Shown piece after piece: positions 23,514-35,185 of a stretch of DNA of 64,000 nucleotides; the first letter of the stretch is position 1; each line of letters begins with the position of its first letter. Under the pieces are notes generated by a model, which had not been told where the DNA came from, ran no database searches, and saw only the letters and a program-made list of their open reading frames with translations. The translations under genes and the position numbers were made by a program. The stretch comes from Protoeuglena noctilucae (taxonomy: Eukaryota): NCBI GenBank assembly GCA_958009085.1, contig OY253675.1, positions 868,001 through 932,000 of the forward strand. Direction: 5' to 3'.

Positions 23514-25989
23514 ATGGCTGCCGCAAGGATCGTCTTGTCGGCAAGTCAGCCTCGGCTGCGCGGTGAGAGGCCGCGGGGGGGCGGGGGATGCCCGGTTGCG
23601 CTGCTGGGCCACAGAGGCGCTCACGCAGGAGTCGACAGGGCCCGAGCGGCAGCTGTGACCCCTCTCCCGCTCTAATACGTCACCTAGGAAGCGGCCCGCG
23701 CGTGGGGCTCGGCCACCTTCGGGCCAGTTGCGCGCCCTGGGCCAGAGGATGGGCCCCGGGCCACCTGTGCCCCAGGACGCGCAGCCGCTCAGATCGGGGC
23801 CTTGGCCAGTCTCGCGGGGATGGCTCTGGTTCAAAGCATCCCTTCGCCGTCGCGCGCGCGGGATCTGGGCTTCGGGTGCCCGATCTCGGGCCCCGGGGGA
23901 CGTGCCTGCACGCTCCCTCGGGGACCCGAGCGCGAGCCTGGAATCGCGCGGGTTTCGCTATCGTGTTTTCGAAGCGCGTTTTTGCGCCGTGCGGGTCGGC
24001 ATGCCGCCGTTGCGCGTGCCGATCCTTCGTCCCGAGTGCGGCACGCGCGCCCCGACCTGCTCATCCTTGGTGGGCGTGTCCGTTGCGTCGATTTCCGTGC
24101 GGCGCGCCTATGTCGCCGGCTGTATTCGTGGCGCCCGCCCGAGGATCACGGGCAAGCTTCCCACGCGCGCATGCGGTTCCCATCCGCATCTGGCGGCGTG
24201 CGGCCCGGCAGCCCGGCAGGACGCGCTGCAGAGGTGTGCATATTGCCCCGTATCACGCGCGTGGCCGCCCGTTCCCCGCAGGGCGTGGGGGGAGGGTCCA
24301 GGCCGCGCCCAAGCCGGCGACCGCCACGGCGACCCCTCCCGCGATGGAGCATGCGCCTCTGCCGTACCAGGGTCCCATTATCCTGAACGGGCAGCTCGCG
24401 CACTCGCTGACCCGCGAGCGCCTCGAGGTGGTGCGCTCCCTGGACGACTGGGCGGAGTCGGATCTGATCAAGCTCCTCAAGCCGGTGGACAAGTGCTGGC
24501 AGCCCACCGAGTTTCTGCCCGATTCTGCCGACCCAGATTTTGAGGACAAGGTGGGGAGTCGCGTTTGCAGGGCCGGCGCGGTTGACGCAGGGAGGGGTTT
24601 GCGCATTCGTGGCGTGGTGGTGGGGGTGCGGCTGACGGACGCTGTCGCCCGTGCCGCAGGTGCGGGAGCTGCGCAAGCGGGCCGCCAACGTGCCTGACGA
24701 CGTGCTGGTGACTCTCGTGGGCGACATGATCACGGAGGAGGCCCTGCCGACCTACATGACGATGCTGAACACGCTGGACGGGGTGCGGGACGAGACGGGG
24801 GCGTCGCAGACGGCGTGGGCCAAGTGGACGCGTCAGTGGACAGCGGAGGAGAACCGCCATGGGGATGTCATGGTGAGGGGCTGGTGGAGTCGATGCGCGA
24901 TGCCAGCGGCTGTGGGAGACCCGTGTTGGCAAGTCTTGGTCGGGCGACCCGAGGAATGGCCTGCACCTCGCTTCGCTCATTCCTCCCCAACGCCCTGTCG
25001 CAGAACAAGTACCTGTACCTGACAGGGCGCGTCAACATGCGTGCCGTGGAGGTGACCATCCAGAAGCTCATTGGCTCCGGGATGGACCCCAAGACGGAGA
25101 ACAACCCCTACCTCGGCTTCGTGTACACGTCGTTCCAGGAGCGCGCCACCAAGGTGAGGCGCAGGAGTGGCACTCGCCGGCTGCCCTCCCCATTCAGAAG
25201 GGCAAGTTGCAAACACCGGCAGCCCGGCCTTCCGCGGCGCAGGTCTCGCACGGCAACACGGCAAACGCCGCCAAGGAGTTCGGGGACGAGATCCTGGCCG
25301 ACATGTGCGGACACGTGGCGTCCGACGAGTCGCGCCACGAGATTGCCTACACGCGCATTGTGGACAAGCTGTTCGAGCGGGACGCGGACGGCGCCATGAT
25401 GGCGTTCGGGGACATGATGCGCAAGCAGATTGTCATGCCCGCGCACCTCATGGACGACTTGGAGCACGCGGACAAGGTGGGCGTGGGCGCGATGCATCCA
25501 GCCACGGGCAGGCCCCCAGCACGGCACCCCTCTGCCTTCGAGCGATGCGATGTGCGTTGCTGAGGCTTTGGCGCGGAGGCCCCAATGCGAGCGTCTCCCG
25601 CAGAACAACGGCCGCAACCTGTTCGCCGACTTCTCGGCGGTGGCGGAGAAGACCAAGACCTACACAGCCTTCGACTACGCGGACATCATGGAGCACCTGA
25701 TCAAGCGGTGGTCCATCGCCGACCGCCACTTCGACCACGGCGACGCTGCCGCGGCCCAGGTGAAGGGGGGGATGAGGGCTGGATGAGGCCTGGGCATGCC
25801 TGCCTGCAGATCCTGCTGATGCACAGCCGCTCAGCCTCGGTTCTGTTCGGCCGGCGCCCGCAGGAATACGTCATGGCCCTGCCCCCGCGGATCCGCAAGC
25901 TCGCGGAGAGGGCTGCCGCGCGGCAGGCCAAGGCGGGGAAGCTGGACATCAAGTTCTCCTGGATCTACGACCGCCCCCTCACGGTCTGA
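23514..25989 (+). CDS. FAB2: Plastid stearoyl-ACP delta-9 desaturase, 7 exons
   Basis: [40 protein letters not shown] di-iron motifs. Transit-peptide exon [16 protein letters not shown] (23514-23562) joins in phase to the exon at 24282. Confidence 0.97.
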
Positions 25990-26469
25990 TGCACGCTCGG
26001 ATGCTTTTTGGCTTTTTGGCGAAGGAGGCGCCGCTCCCGAAGCAGGCTTGCGGAGTTGAGAGTCTTTTTGAAGTTTGGACGGAGTTTTGAGTTTGGGAGT
26101 CGGCCGTGTCAGTGTCAGACTCAGTGCAAAGTCTCTAAGAGACTCTCTTGCGGCCTGCACGAGCAGCAGTGGTCCCATTTCCACTCCTGCCAGCACCTCA
26201 TTCACCGTGAACTCGTAGTAACCCCGCAAAACAAGGGCTCCAGGGGCACGAGTGCGTTTCCGGGTATGCGCTGCAGGGCGCTGCCGGAGGGAGCTGATGG
26301 CCGGACGGATAGCGAGAGCCATCCGTATCTTTGCTCCAACTGCATAGGCGTGCAGTGATAGGAAAAGGCCAAAGGGGGAGGCATTAAACTTGGCTCGAAG
26401 ACAACGCCGTGCTTGCCAACTCCGCGCTCGTCGGCGCCGCACTGCCCCGGCGTGGGGCCCGGCCAAGAG

Positions 26470-28599
26470 ATGGGGAACAATTGCGTCAAGATGGTGGACC
26501 TCAAGAATTTGTTCGTGAGTGGCTGCGTACGCTTGCCTCACATGACGGTCCCGGGTCCCACCAGCGGGGATTCTCGACCTGGTGGTAAAGGTGCATCGGA
26601 TGTGCCTTTTCTATGCCACGATGCTGCTGATAGTGTCGTCACGAGCCCTGGACCTGGTCCCCACCCGCGGCCCGCGGGACATCTGGTGCAATGTCATGGC
26701 ATGCCGCTCGCCCCTCGAGGCCCGACCTCGGATGATATAATGCTCGATTAACGGATCTATGAAAAGGAAGCGCGCTGTGCGTTTGTCGATGGCGATTGGC
26801 GCGTTCCTCTGGTTGCCCCCAGCCGGATCAAGGGGACCTTGTTGGCGGTCCAGAGCTTCTCGACTGGGCCGACTGGACGGACAACCAGTACGTAATTCGA
26901 CGCTACAAAGTGCTGGATCACCTGGGGTCGGGCTCCTTTGCAGAGGTGCGCCGACGAAGCGCTGTGCCGACGTGTCGCCATGCGTCATCGATTCCCTCGT
27001 TGCCTTTACAGGCCAATCCCCGCCCGGTCTCCCCGCAGGTGGCGTCGGCGGTGCAGCGGAGGACGGGTTTAAAAGTCGCCCTGAAGATTGTGCACCTGGC
27101 CCGCCCCGGGCTCACAGCGCAGGTTTTGGAGATCATGCGCAAAGAGGCAGACATCCTCCGCGACGTCCAGGGCGTGCCGGGCCTGGTCAAGGTGCGACGG
27201 GCTGCGGCAGACCCGCGTGTCTGAGCGATGTCCCCATCGATTGCTTGAGGTGTGATGCCTGACCGGCGCACGGTGCGAGCACGTGATGCATGACGCGTCC
27301 GGCCTTGCCCCTCAGCTGTACGAGGTGGTGGAGGACAAGCGTCACATCTTCATCGTGCACGAGCTGTGCAGCGGCGGCGAGCTCTACGACGCCCTGGCGA
27401 AGCTGCGGGAGTTCGACGAGGGCCGGGCCGCGAGGCTCTTCCGGGCCATCTGCACGTCCGTCTCGGGCATGCACGCGCGGGGGTATTTGCACAGGGACCT
27501 CAAGCCGGAGAACGTGCTGTTCGTGGAGTCGAGCCAGCCCCGGGGGGAGGAGGAGGGGTGGGCGGAGATACAGGGCCGGTGGGTATCGCCCCGCATCATC
27601 GACCTGGGCATGTCGGACCGCTACGTCCCCGACCGCCCCGTGCGCGGCGTGTGCGGGTCGCCGGGCTTCATCGCCCCGGAGATCCTCCGCGGGGAGGTCC
27701 ACACGCCCAAGATGGACGTCTACTCGCTCGGCGTGATGCTCTTCATGATGCTGACGGGGCTGGTGCCTTACGGGGAGGACGTCTCCCGGGACCTCAAGTA
27801 CGGGAATCTCCCGCTGGCCGAGGCCAAGCACTGGGCTGACGGGAGCACGGCCCGGCTGTCGAGCCACGTCCGCGACCTGCTGGAGCGCATGCTGGACCCC
27901 AAGGCCGAGACGCGCATTTCGCTGGGGGAGGTTCTGGAGCACAGTTGGTTCCAGCCGGGAGGGCAAGGGAGCTTTACGCTCAAGTGAGACTGGGGTTGGC
28001 TGGCACGTGCTGCTGATATCCTCACACCACACGCCAGCATGGACGTTGGCTGGCGGCAACGTGCTTTCCCCTGGCCACTCGCGCAGACTCGCGGATGTGC
28101 TTCGACGTCACACTACGACGCGAAAGAAGCAGGGGCACGACGCCTGCCTGGCTGAAGTGACCCAGGACACGGTAGCCAAGTCCCTGCGGGCCTTCAAGTC
28201 AGCCAGGTGCCGTGACGGTGTGATGGTCCCTGCCCGCCGATGCTCTAGGCCACGTGTTGCGCGGGACACGACACGGGGTCGCCCCGGGACGCCCCTCGCA
28301 GGTCACAAGTGCCGGAGAGGGCAGACACTCCGGAGGGCAGACACCAGGGCAGCCTCCATGCCGCCCAGGCCCATGGGAAGACGGAGGTGGAGCGGCTCCG
28401 GAGCTTCCGTGACGTTCGGCAGGCGTCTTTCAAGGTGTGAGCCTGGTTGTGATGCGGGGACACTGGCGGTTCAGGTCGCACGCCCATCACCCACATCGCC
28501 GCTTCGGTGCAGGTGCCAGACGACCCGGAGCCGCGATGCCTGTGCTGGGGGGGGCGGAGGCGAGCCCCCGCATCGACCGAGCCGCAGCGCGAGGGGTGA
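26470..28599 (+). CDS. CAMK-group Ser/Thr protein kinase with a predicted N-terminal acylation motif; no EF-hands seen; 3' exons tentative
   Basis: MGNNC start; LGSGSFAEV; VALKIV; ELCSGGELYD; HRDLKPENVL; DLG; CGSPGFIAPE; DVYSLGV. Confidence 0.88.
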
Positions 28600-28784
28600 C
28601 CTGGCGCCCCCAGTTGACCAGTGTGAGACTTGTTACGGAACGAACGCCTCCCTGTTTTACCCTTCGACACGCCGCTCCTTGTTCCTGCCCTACGACGCCC
28701 TGCTCGTCGCCATGTATGTTTCAACCATCGCGCCGCGGGTCGCTTAGCCTGACGGCAAGAGTCTGTCAACGGCCTTGAACGCGC

Positions 28785-31000
28785 TCAAGACCAGCGTGCC
28801 TGCCGCTTCGAGGAGGCAAACAGCGTGTAGAAGATGAGACCAAACAACTGGAAGGACGCGCAGGGAAGGAAAAGGGCCAAGGCCCACGAGTTGGTCTTGT
28901 CGAGCAACGTCCCCACAAACACGTTGCCCAGGACCCCGGGGATGGCCCCGGCCGTGTTGGTGATGCCCAGCAGCGCCGAGGCGTACTGGGGGGAGAGGTC
29001 CTGGTGGTTGCAGTAGAGCCCGCCCCGGGCCCAGGCGCTGAGGGCAAAGGCGCACGACATGAGCCCGACGAGGACCGCGATGAGGAGGGGCGAGGCCATG
29101 CCGGGGCTCAGGGGGGTGAGCGTAGCTAGGGAGAGCATGCATATGGCGGGCCCGAGGAACGAGATGCCCTGGCAGAGCTTCCGGACGCGCGTGATGCTCC
29201 ACCCCCGCTCGACGAGCTTGTCGGCCACGGGCCCCACGATGGGCGTCATGAGCGTCATGGTGATGTAGGGGATGAGCGTGAGGAGCGACGAGTTGGCCAC
29301 GTCCAGGCCCAGGGACAGCTCGAAGTACGACGGGAGCCACGCCAGGAGCGTGTAGTACCCCCAGTTGTAGCAGAAGTGCGCGACGATGATGGCCCAGACG
29401 GGAAGCGACCGGAGGAACTCCCCGTAGGGCATGCTCAGCGACTTGCCATGCTTGGCCTGCGCGGGGGGCAGAGGGGCGCGGGTTGGCGCAACAGCACTGC
29501 CCCGCCTTTGCCAAGCGGGTGGGCGGCTGGGCGCCAGGGCTGCAGCAGAATCGCGGTTCAATGCAATATGTACCTGGAAGTTGGAGTGCATAGACGCCTG
29601 CTCCTTCTCCACGTCGTCGATGCAGGCCGTAGGCTTGAAGAGCGGCCACACGCACGCCCAGACGAACCCCAAAACAGCGAAGAGGTAGAAGACCGACTGC
29701 CACCCGTAGTACTTCATCAACGGCCCGCATATCAGCAGCCCCAGCGCGGACCCCACGTCCAGCCCCCCAAAGACGGCTGCAAACAGAGCAGGGTCGGATC
29801 GACTGCGACTGCGCGGTGCCTGCCCGCTGCGCAGACGAGCATGTCCTCAAAGCAAGAGACTTGCCGCGCCGTCAGCAATCGCAACCACGGCCCACTCACT
29901 GCTCACGGCGCGAGCCCGCTCCGTGTCGGGGATCTTCCCTGCCATGATGTTGGTCACGCTCGAGGGCGCGAGGCCCTCCCCAAGCCCCACGAACAGCCGC
30001 GTCATACACAAGGCCAGGATGCCGAGGTTGGCTGCCGGGGGCGCCACGAGCGTCCCCAGGGACCACAGCACGACGCCGGCCAGCAGCACACGTGTGCCCC
30101 CATACTGCGAGCGCCAGGAGAGCGGAGGGGTTTTCGGCCATCCCATCCGAACGTCGCCGAAGCACGCACTCGCGTGGCGACGAGCCTCGCCTTGGTGCAG
30201 AGGTACCCTGCAGGCGTCTGCGTGAGGGTGTAGCCCCAGAAGAACGCCGCGCTGACGAGACCCCTCTCCTTGGCAGTCCACCCAAACTCGTGGGACATGG
30301 GGATCACCGCCACCGACATATTGACCTGCGAGAGGCGGGCGCGTGCAGGGGCCCGTCCGCTTCGCATGCTGGGCGGATGCGCTGGCCACGCCGTCGCGCG
30401 GGCGCCACGCGGCCCACCTTGTCCATATTGCACAAAATAAACGATAAGAACATCATCCCCACGATCTGCCATCGGTGCGGGACCTGCGGGGGTCACCGGG
30501 GGGAATGCGCTGAGGATCGGGACCCAGTCAGCGCTGCCGGGGCCGTTGCGCCGGTCCGCGGCTCACCCTGCTGGACTTTCTAGACGGCAATGGTTCCACG
30601 GAGCTCGCCCCGTTCCCCGCCCGGGCTTCGACCGGAGAGCCCCGTGGTGATGCCAACGTTCCATCGTCTGCCCGGGACACACTGGGCTCCTCCACCTGCG
30701 TGTCGAGCTCCTCTCGCGAGGCGGCTCCCCCAAACGCCCACCTACGCCGCGGGCCGACGGCTCCCGGAGTGAAATCGCGAGCATGCCGTTGGTTTGGCAC
30801 CGGGAGGGCTGCGAGCGAAACGCGGATCGTTGTGGCCCAGAGGCGGCGCGGCTGCTTTGGATCGCACGTGGACAACGTTGATGTTGAGCTTTCCGAGATC
30901 ACCACCCACCCGCGCGATCCCGCGTCGCGACGAGGCGCCGCGGCGCCGCAGGCACGCCTGCACCGCGCGTGGCCGCCACCCGCTGTGATGCCCCCAGCAT
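28785..31000 (-). CDS. PHT4: MFS anion/phosphate transporter of the PHT4 (SLC17/ANTR) family, probably plastid-targeted
   Basis: FILCNMDKVNMSVAVIPM; AFFWGYTLTQ; RLFVGLGEG; VWAIIVAHFCYNWGYYTLLAWLPSYF; GLYCNHQDLSPQYAS. Start inferred from MLGASQRVAATR. Confidence 0.92.
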
Positions 31001-32084
31001 CCGTTTCGCGGCCCGGCGGACGAGGAGAAGGTCGGGACCAGGGCCTGCGCGCGGCGAAAGCGGGCGCGAGAGTCGGCTACGCGTGCGCCAGGAGTGACTC
31101 GACTCCCGCCCGCACGCCGCGAAGTGCTCTGGCATCTCAATCGACCGGCTCCTCCGCCACATGCCGTGCTTTGCACCGGGAGCACGAGAGGCGATTGCAA
31201 GTGAGTCCGCGAAACTCTAGCTCGCCGGCAAAACGGACGGCGACGGGCCAGGCAGGCTTCCGGGGTGGGGCCGGGAAATCCGATCCGGCAGCGAGTGCCC
31301 CGCCCAGCCAGCGGGCCGGATCGAAAATTGGCGGCGAAAAGAAGGCGGGGAGGGCGCGCCGGCGATCATCCGCGCGCGCACATGCGATCCGCGATCGCGC
31401 GCTCGCCTGAGGCCTGGGATGCCGGCCGGAGATGGCGCGCCGGGCCGCTATTTGACACCTCTTCTCAGCCACGCGAAGGGAGGGCCGAAAGGAAACGATA
31501 CGTGGCCCCAGCCGCCAGCTACACGTCGCGATGCGCCAACGAGCTACACTAACGCTGATTGATGCGACTCAACGCGGGGCATCAGCTCCTTGTGTGGAAA
31601 AAGTCGGCTGGCGTTTCTTGTCAGAAAATGTCTGTTTCGCTCAGCTGGGTCGCACTCTCGAGTCGAGCGGTGCGGTGGGATCCACCATTAGGCGCTGGGG
31701 GCGGCGTTGCGCTAGCGAGCGTCGCTGCTCTGCGGCCCTGCATGCGTGTGGCACCGCGCGAACGCAAAAGGCCAGGCGCGGTCCTTCCCAGAGCGTCACG
31801 TATCGCCAACTCGTGTGTTTGACCAGCTGGGATAGCTCATCCGTGTCCGGGCTCGCCGTCGACTCCGTGGGGCGCATGCCCCAGCGGCGTGGTAACAACG
31901 GCGTGTCAGGGGCTGCACGGGCATTCAACGCCCGCGGCGCAGTCGGATTTGCGAAGAGGTCGTAAATCGGCAGTCAGGGACCACGCGCCCCCGTCGCCGG
32001 GCGGGTCGCCGCACCAGCCTTCGTGTCGACGCTCTTCCCCCTGCTGGAGAGGTGGCGTCGATGTTGTGATTCCTACGCACCGAC

Positions 32085-35000
32085 ATGCGCAACGTCAAGC
32101 GTTACAGAGCGGGCCAGGCGGAGGGCCCCGTGTCGCCCCTGCACGCCCACCATGCCAAGCGGCCGAGCGCGGGGCAGGTAACCGCGCGCTGCGCTCCTCC
32201 GCATCCGGGCGCCGGCACACATGCAGCAGGGGGTGTAAACGGCACAAGAGAGCTCATAAATCCCGTCCCGACCTCGCGTGGGCGCAGCGGCCGTCTCTGA
32301 GCCTCGACCTTGCATCCAAGAGTGATGACGCGATGACCATCGCCGTCGCCGAGCTTCTGGCCGAGGGCAACTCGCTGTTGTCAACTTCAAGTGAAGTATC
32401 AGCGGAAGGCGGCAAGGAACTGAGGAGCGCCCCGCCCAGTGAGCAGCGAGGGCAAGCGCTCACAGCGGCCTGCCGTTCAACGGGGCCCTTCGTGGCTCTG
32501 CGTCCCGCACCCTGCCATATTCGCGTCCGGGATTGCGAATACTGTGCAAACGCGTTCGTCCGCGTCGCCCCCGCAGCCTGCTCTGCCCGCACGGCGCTCG
32601 GAGAGGCCCCTTCCCAGGACCTGTCCGCCACCCTGCGCTGTGACAGTCATCCGGGGGACCCCGGGGGCCGCACGCTGCGCACCCACGCTTTTCCGATGGC
32701 TTTCTTGCAACGAATGATGCACTCTCCGACCCCTCATCGGCCCGTCCAACCAGCGAGCGGCCTCCCCACGCCAGCTGGGGTGGGGCCGGCCTCAGGCTGG
32801 GGAAGAGGCGCACCGGAGCCCTCGCCCGGCGCGGCGCTCCTCGCACCGCTTCGGAAATGTCGGCTCGAGTCGCCCATGCCGACAGGCGGGCGTGGATGGA
32901 TCGGCGGGGGCGACGGGCAGGACGCGGGCAGTGGTGGGCAGGTGTGTGGTGGTACGCGGTTTGCGTGCCCCGCGCGCGCGTCTCCGTCGTTCGGATCGCC
33001 AAACGCTTTGCGTTTGATGCCATCCACGCGGCGCGCGTTCGAATATACTCGCAGGGACCGCAGGCAAGGGACCACCCAACCGTCTCCAACGCCTCTGCTC
33101 CCCACCATGCGAGTCCCTCGGCGGCTTCCCCGCGGCCCGCGTTTGCGAAGGCCGTGGGGAGCGTCGCGTGTCCCCCCGAGAGCACGCCGCAGAAGGCGCC
33201 GCCCTCGCTGGGGCTTGAGGTTGCTTCGTGGGAGCCCGGTCCTGTGAGGCCGAGGCTGGCGGCACCGAGTCCCTTAATGGTCGGCGGGGACGGCTGCAGC
33301 CCATGGACCGGGGACGGGCGGTTCCGGCGAGACGTCGCGCACGGCCGGGAGGACGCCTCGTTTTGCATCCGGTCGGCCCTGGCCTGGCAGTGCGGGGAGC
33401 GCGACCACGCGTGCGCCAGCCTGGCCGAGGCTGGCCCCACGGTGGGGTTCACGCCCCCGCACTCGTGCCCGCAAACCCCTCGCTCATCCGACGACGAGGG
33501 CGAGGAGCAGCTTAAGAGCTACCTCATGATGAGGGAGCAAGAGCACGTCCTGCGGTGAGGCCCGTGGCAGCGTACGGGGGACGTGTGCCAAGTGCGCTCT
33601 TAGTCGTGCCGGATCCGACCGACCCGGGTGCCGTTTCATTGCAGGAGCGCGTTCAAGTTCCAGGGCACGCCAGAGCTGGAAGATCGCGCCGTGGGGCAGC
33701 TGCTTGGCACCGAATGCCTGGTACCCCACAAGGCCACGCGCCTGTTCCGGCCCAAGGGGCCCTGCGGCTCCAAGATCCTGGTCCTCGTGCGCCACGGCGA
33801 GAGCGAGTACAACCGGGCCTCGGCCAGCCCCGTCCACGGCTGCGATGACCCGTCCATCTTCGACCCCGACCTCACCATCCGAGGGCGACGCCAGGCGAGT
33901 GCCATGACGCTTCACTTACACCCGAGATAACCACGGCCCACGCCTGAGCCTATGCAGTCCAGCGGATTAAACCAGGGTGTGATGGACGGCACGCTGCTTT
34001 GCCCCCGCAGTGCATCGACCTCCGGCAGCACCTGCAGCGTGACGTGGACGTCCGGGACGCCCTCTGGGTTGTCTCACCCCTCACGCGCGCCCTGCAGACC
34101 TTCCTCCTCTCGTGCCCCATGCTCTCCACGCACGCCATGACCGACCGCTTCCTCCGCACCTGGCCGCTGGGCACCAACACGGCCGACGCGTACCACGCGG
34201 AGATGTACCAGCCGCACACGAGCCAGAAGGCGCGCAGCCGGGAGGCCGACGCGGCTCGCAGCCCCTTCGCGTGGGGTCGCGTCCTGGCTCCCCAGAACGC
34301 GGCCACACCCTCTGCCAGGGAGTGCCCCCTTCGTGGGACGGAGCGGGGCGCCCCCGCGCCCGCACCGGCATGCCCGGGGACCGCCGACCCTGCGACTCCC
34401 GTGCCCGGGGCCTGGTCCCCGGTGAGGCCGGCGTGGTCGCGGGCGATGGTCCCAGACGCCGCGTTCAGCCCCGCTCCCGCTGCGACCCCTTCTGGCGCCC
34501 CCCTGGTCATGGTGGCGGCAGGGCCGTCGGCGTCCGTCACGCCCGCCCCGAGCGTCAGGGTGGGGCGCCACTCGGTCAAGACCGTGGTGCTGCCCTGCGT
34601 GACGGAGGTGATGGTGACGCCGGGGGACGTGGGCCGCCCCACGAGCTGCCTGAAAGAGATGTTCCAGGAGGTCATGCCGTCGGGGAGCTTCGAGGCGGTG
34701 GGGGAGCACTGGTGGTTCCGGGGCGGGGCCGCCACGGCCGAGGGCAACTCGGCCCTCGCGCGACGCTTCAAGTACCCGGAGCCACGGGAGAGCCTGCACA
34801 AGCGCATCGAGGTGAGGATGATACGAGGCCGCGCAGTGTGGCTGAGGCGAGTGTCAGTCCTGTGCGGCATGGGACGGGGTTCGCCGGGCGTGACGCGTGC
34901 CCACGTGACGTGCTATGACGCCTGGACGGCGACGTGTGCCGTTGCTTCGTTGCGCAACCGCAGGCGTTCACAAAGTTCGCCCTCGACCGGCCCGAACGGG

Positions 35001-35107
35001 TCATTGTGGTGGTGGCGCACAGCTGCTTCCTGCGCAAACTGATGGTGTCCCTCGGCGCGGAGGAGCGGACCCTCAAGAACGGCGAGCACTGCAAGATCGT
35101 GCTGTGA
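32085..35107 (+). CDS. Histidine phosphatase (phosphoglycerate mutase-like) superfamily protein with a long disordered N-terminus; 5' exons tentative
   Basis: LVLVRHGESEYN; DPDLTIRGRRQ; VVSPLTRALQT; RPERVIVVVAHSCFL; LKNGEHCKIVL*. Confidence 0.85.
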
Positions 35108-35185
35108 CGGCTGCGGTGTGGGCTAGCGTTCAACTTTGCACCCCCATGTGGACCCGGCACGGCGCGCGAGTCAGCGGGGAGTAGC

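Noticed and set aside
29454..29620. Possible extra GC donor (EKEQ|GCGTCT) in PHT4
   Set aside because: An in-phase canonical donor (CAG|GTACAT) lies just downstream, so it was not counted.
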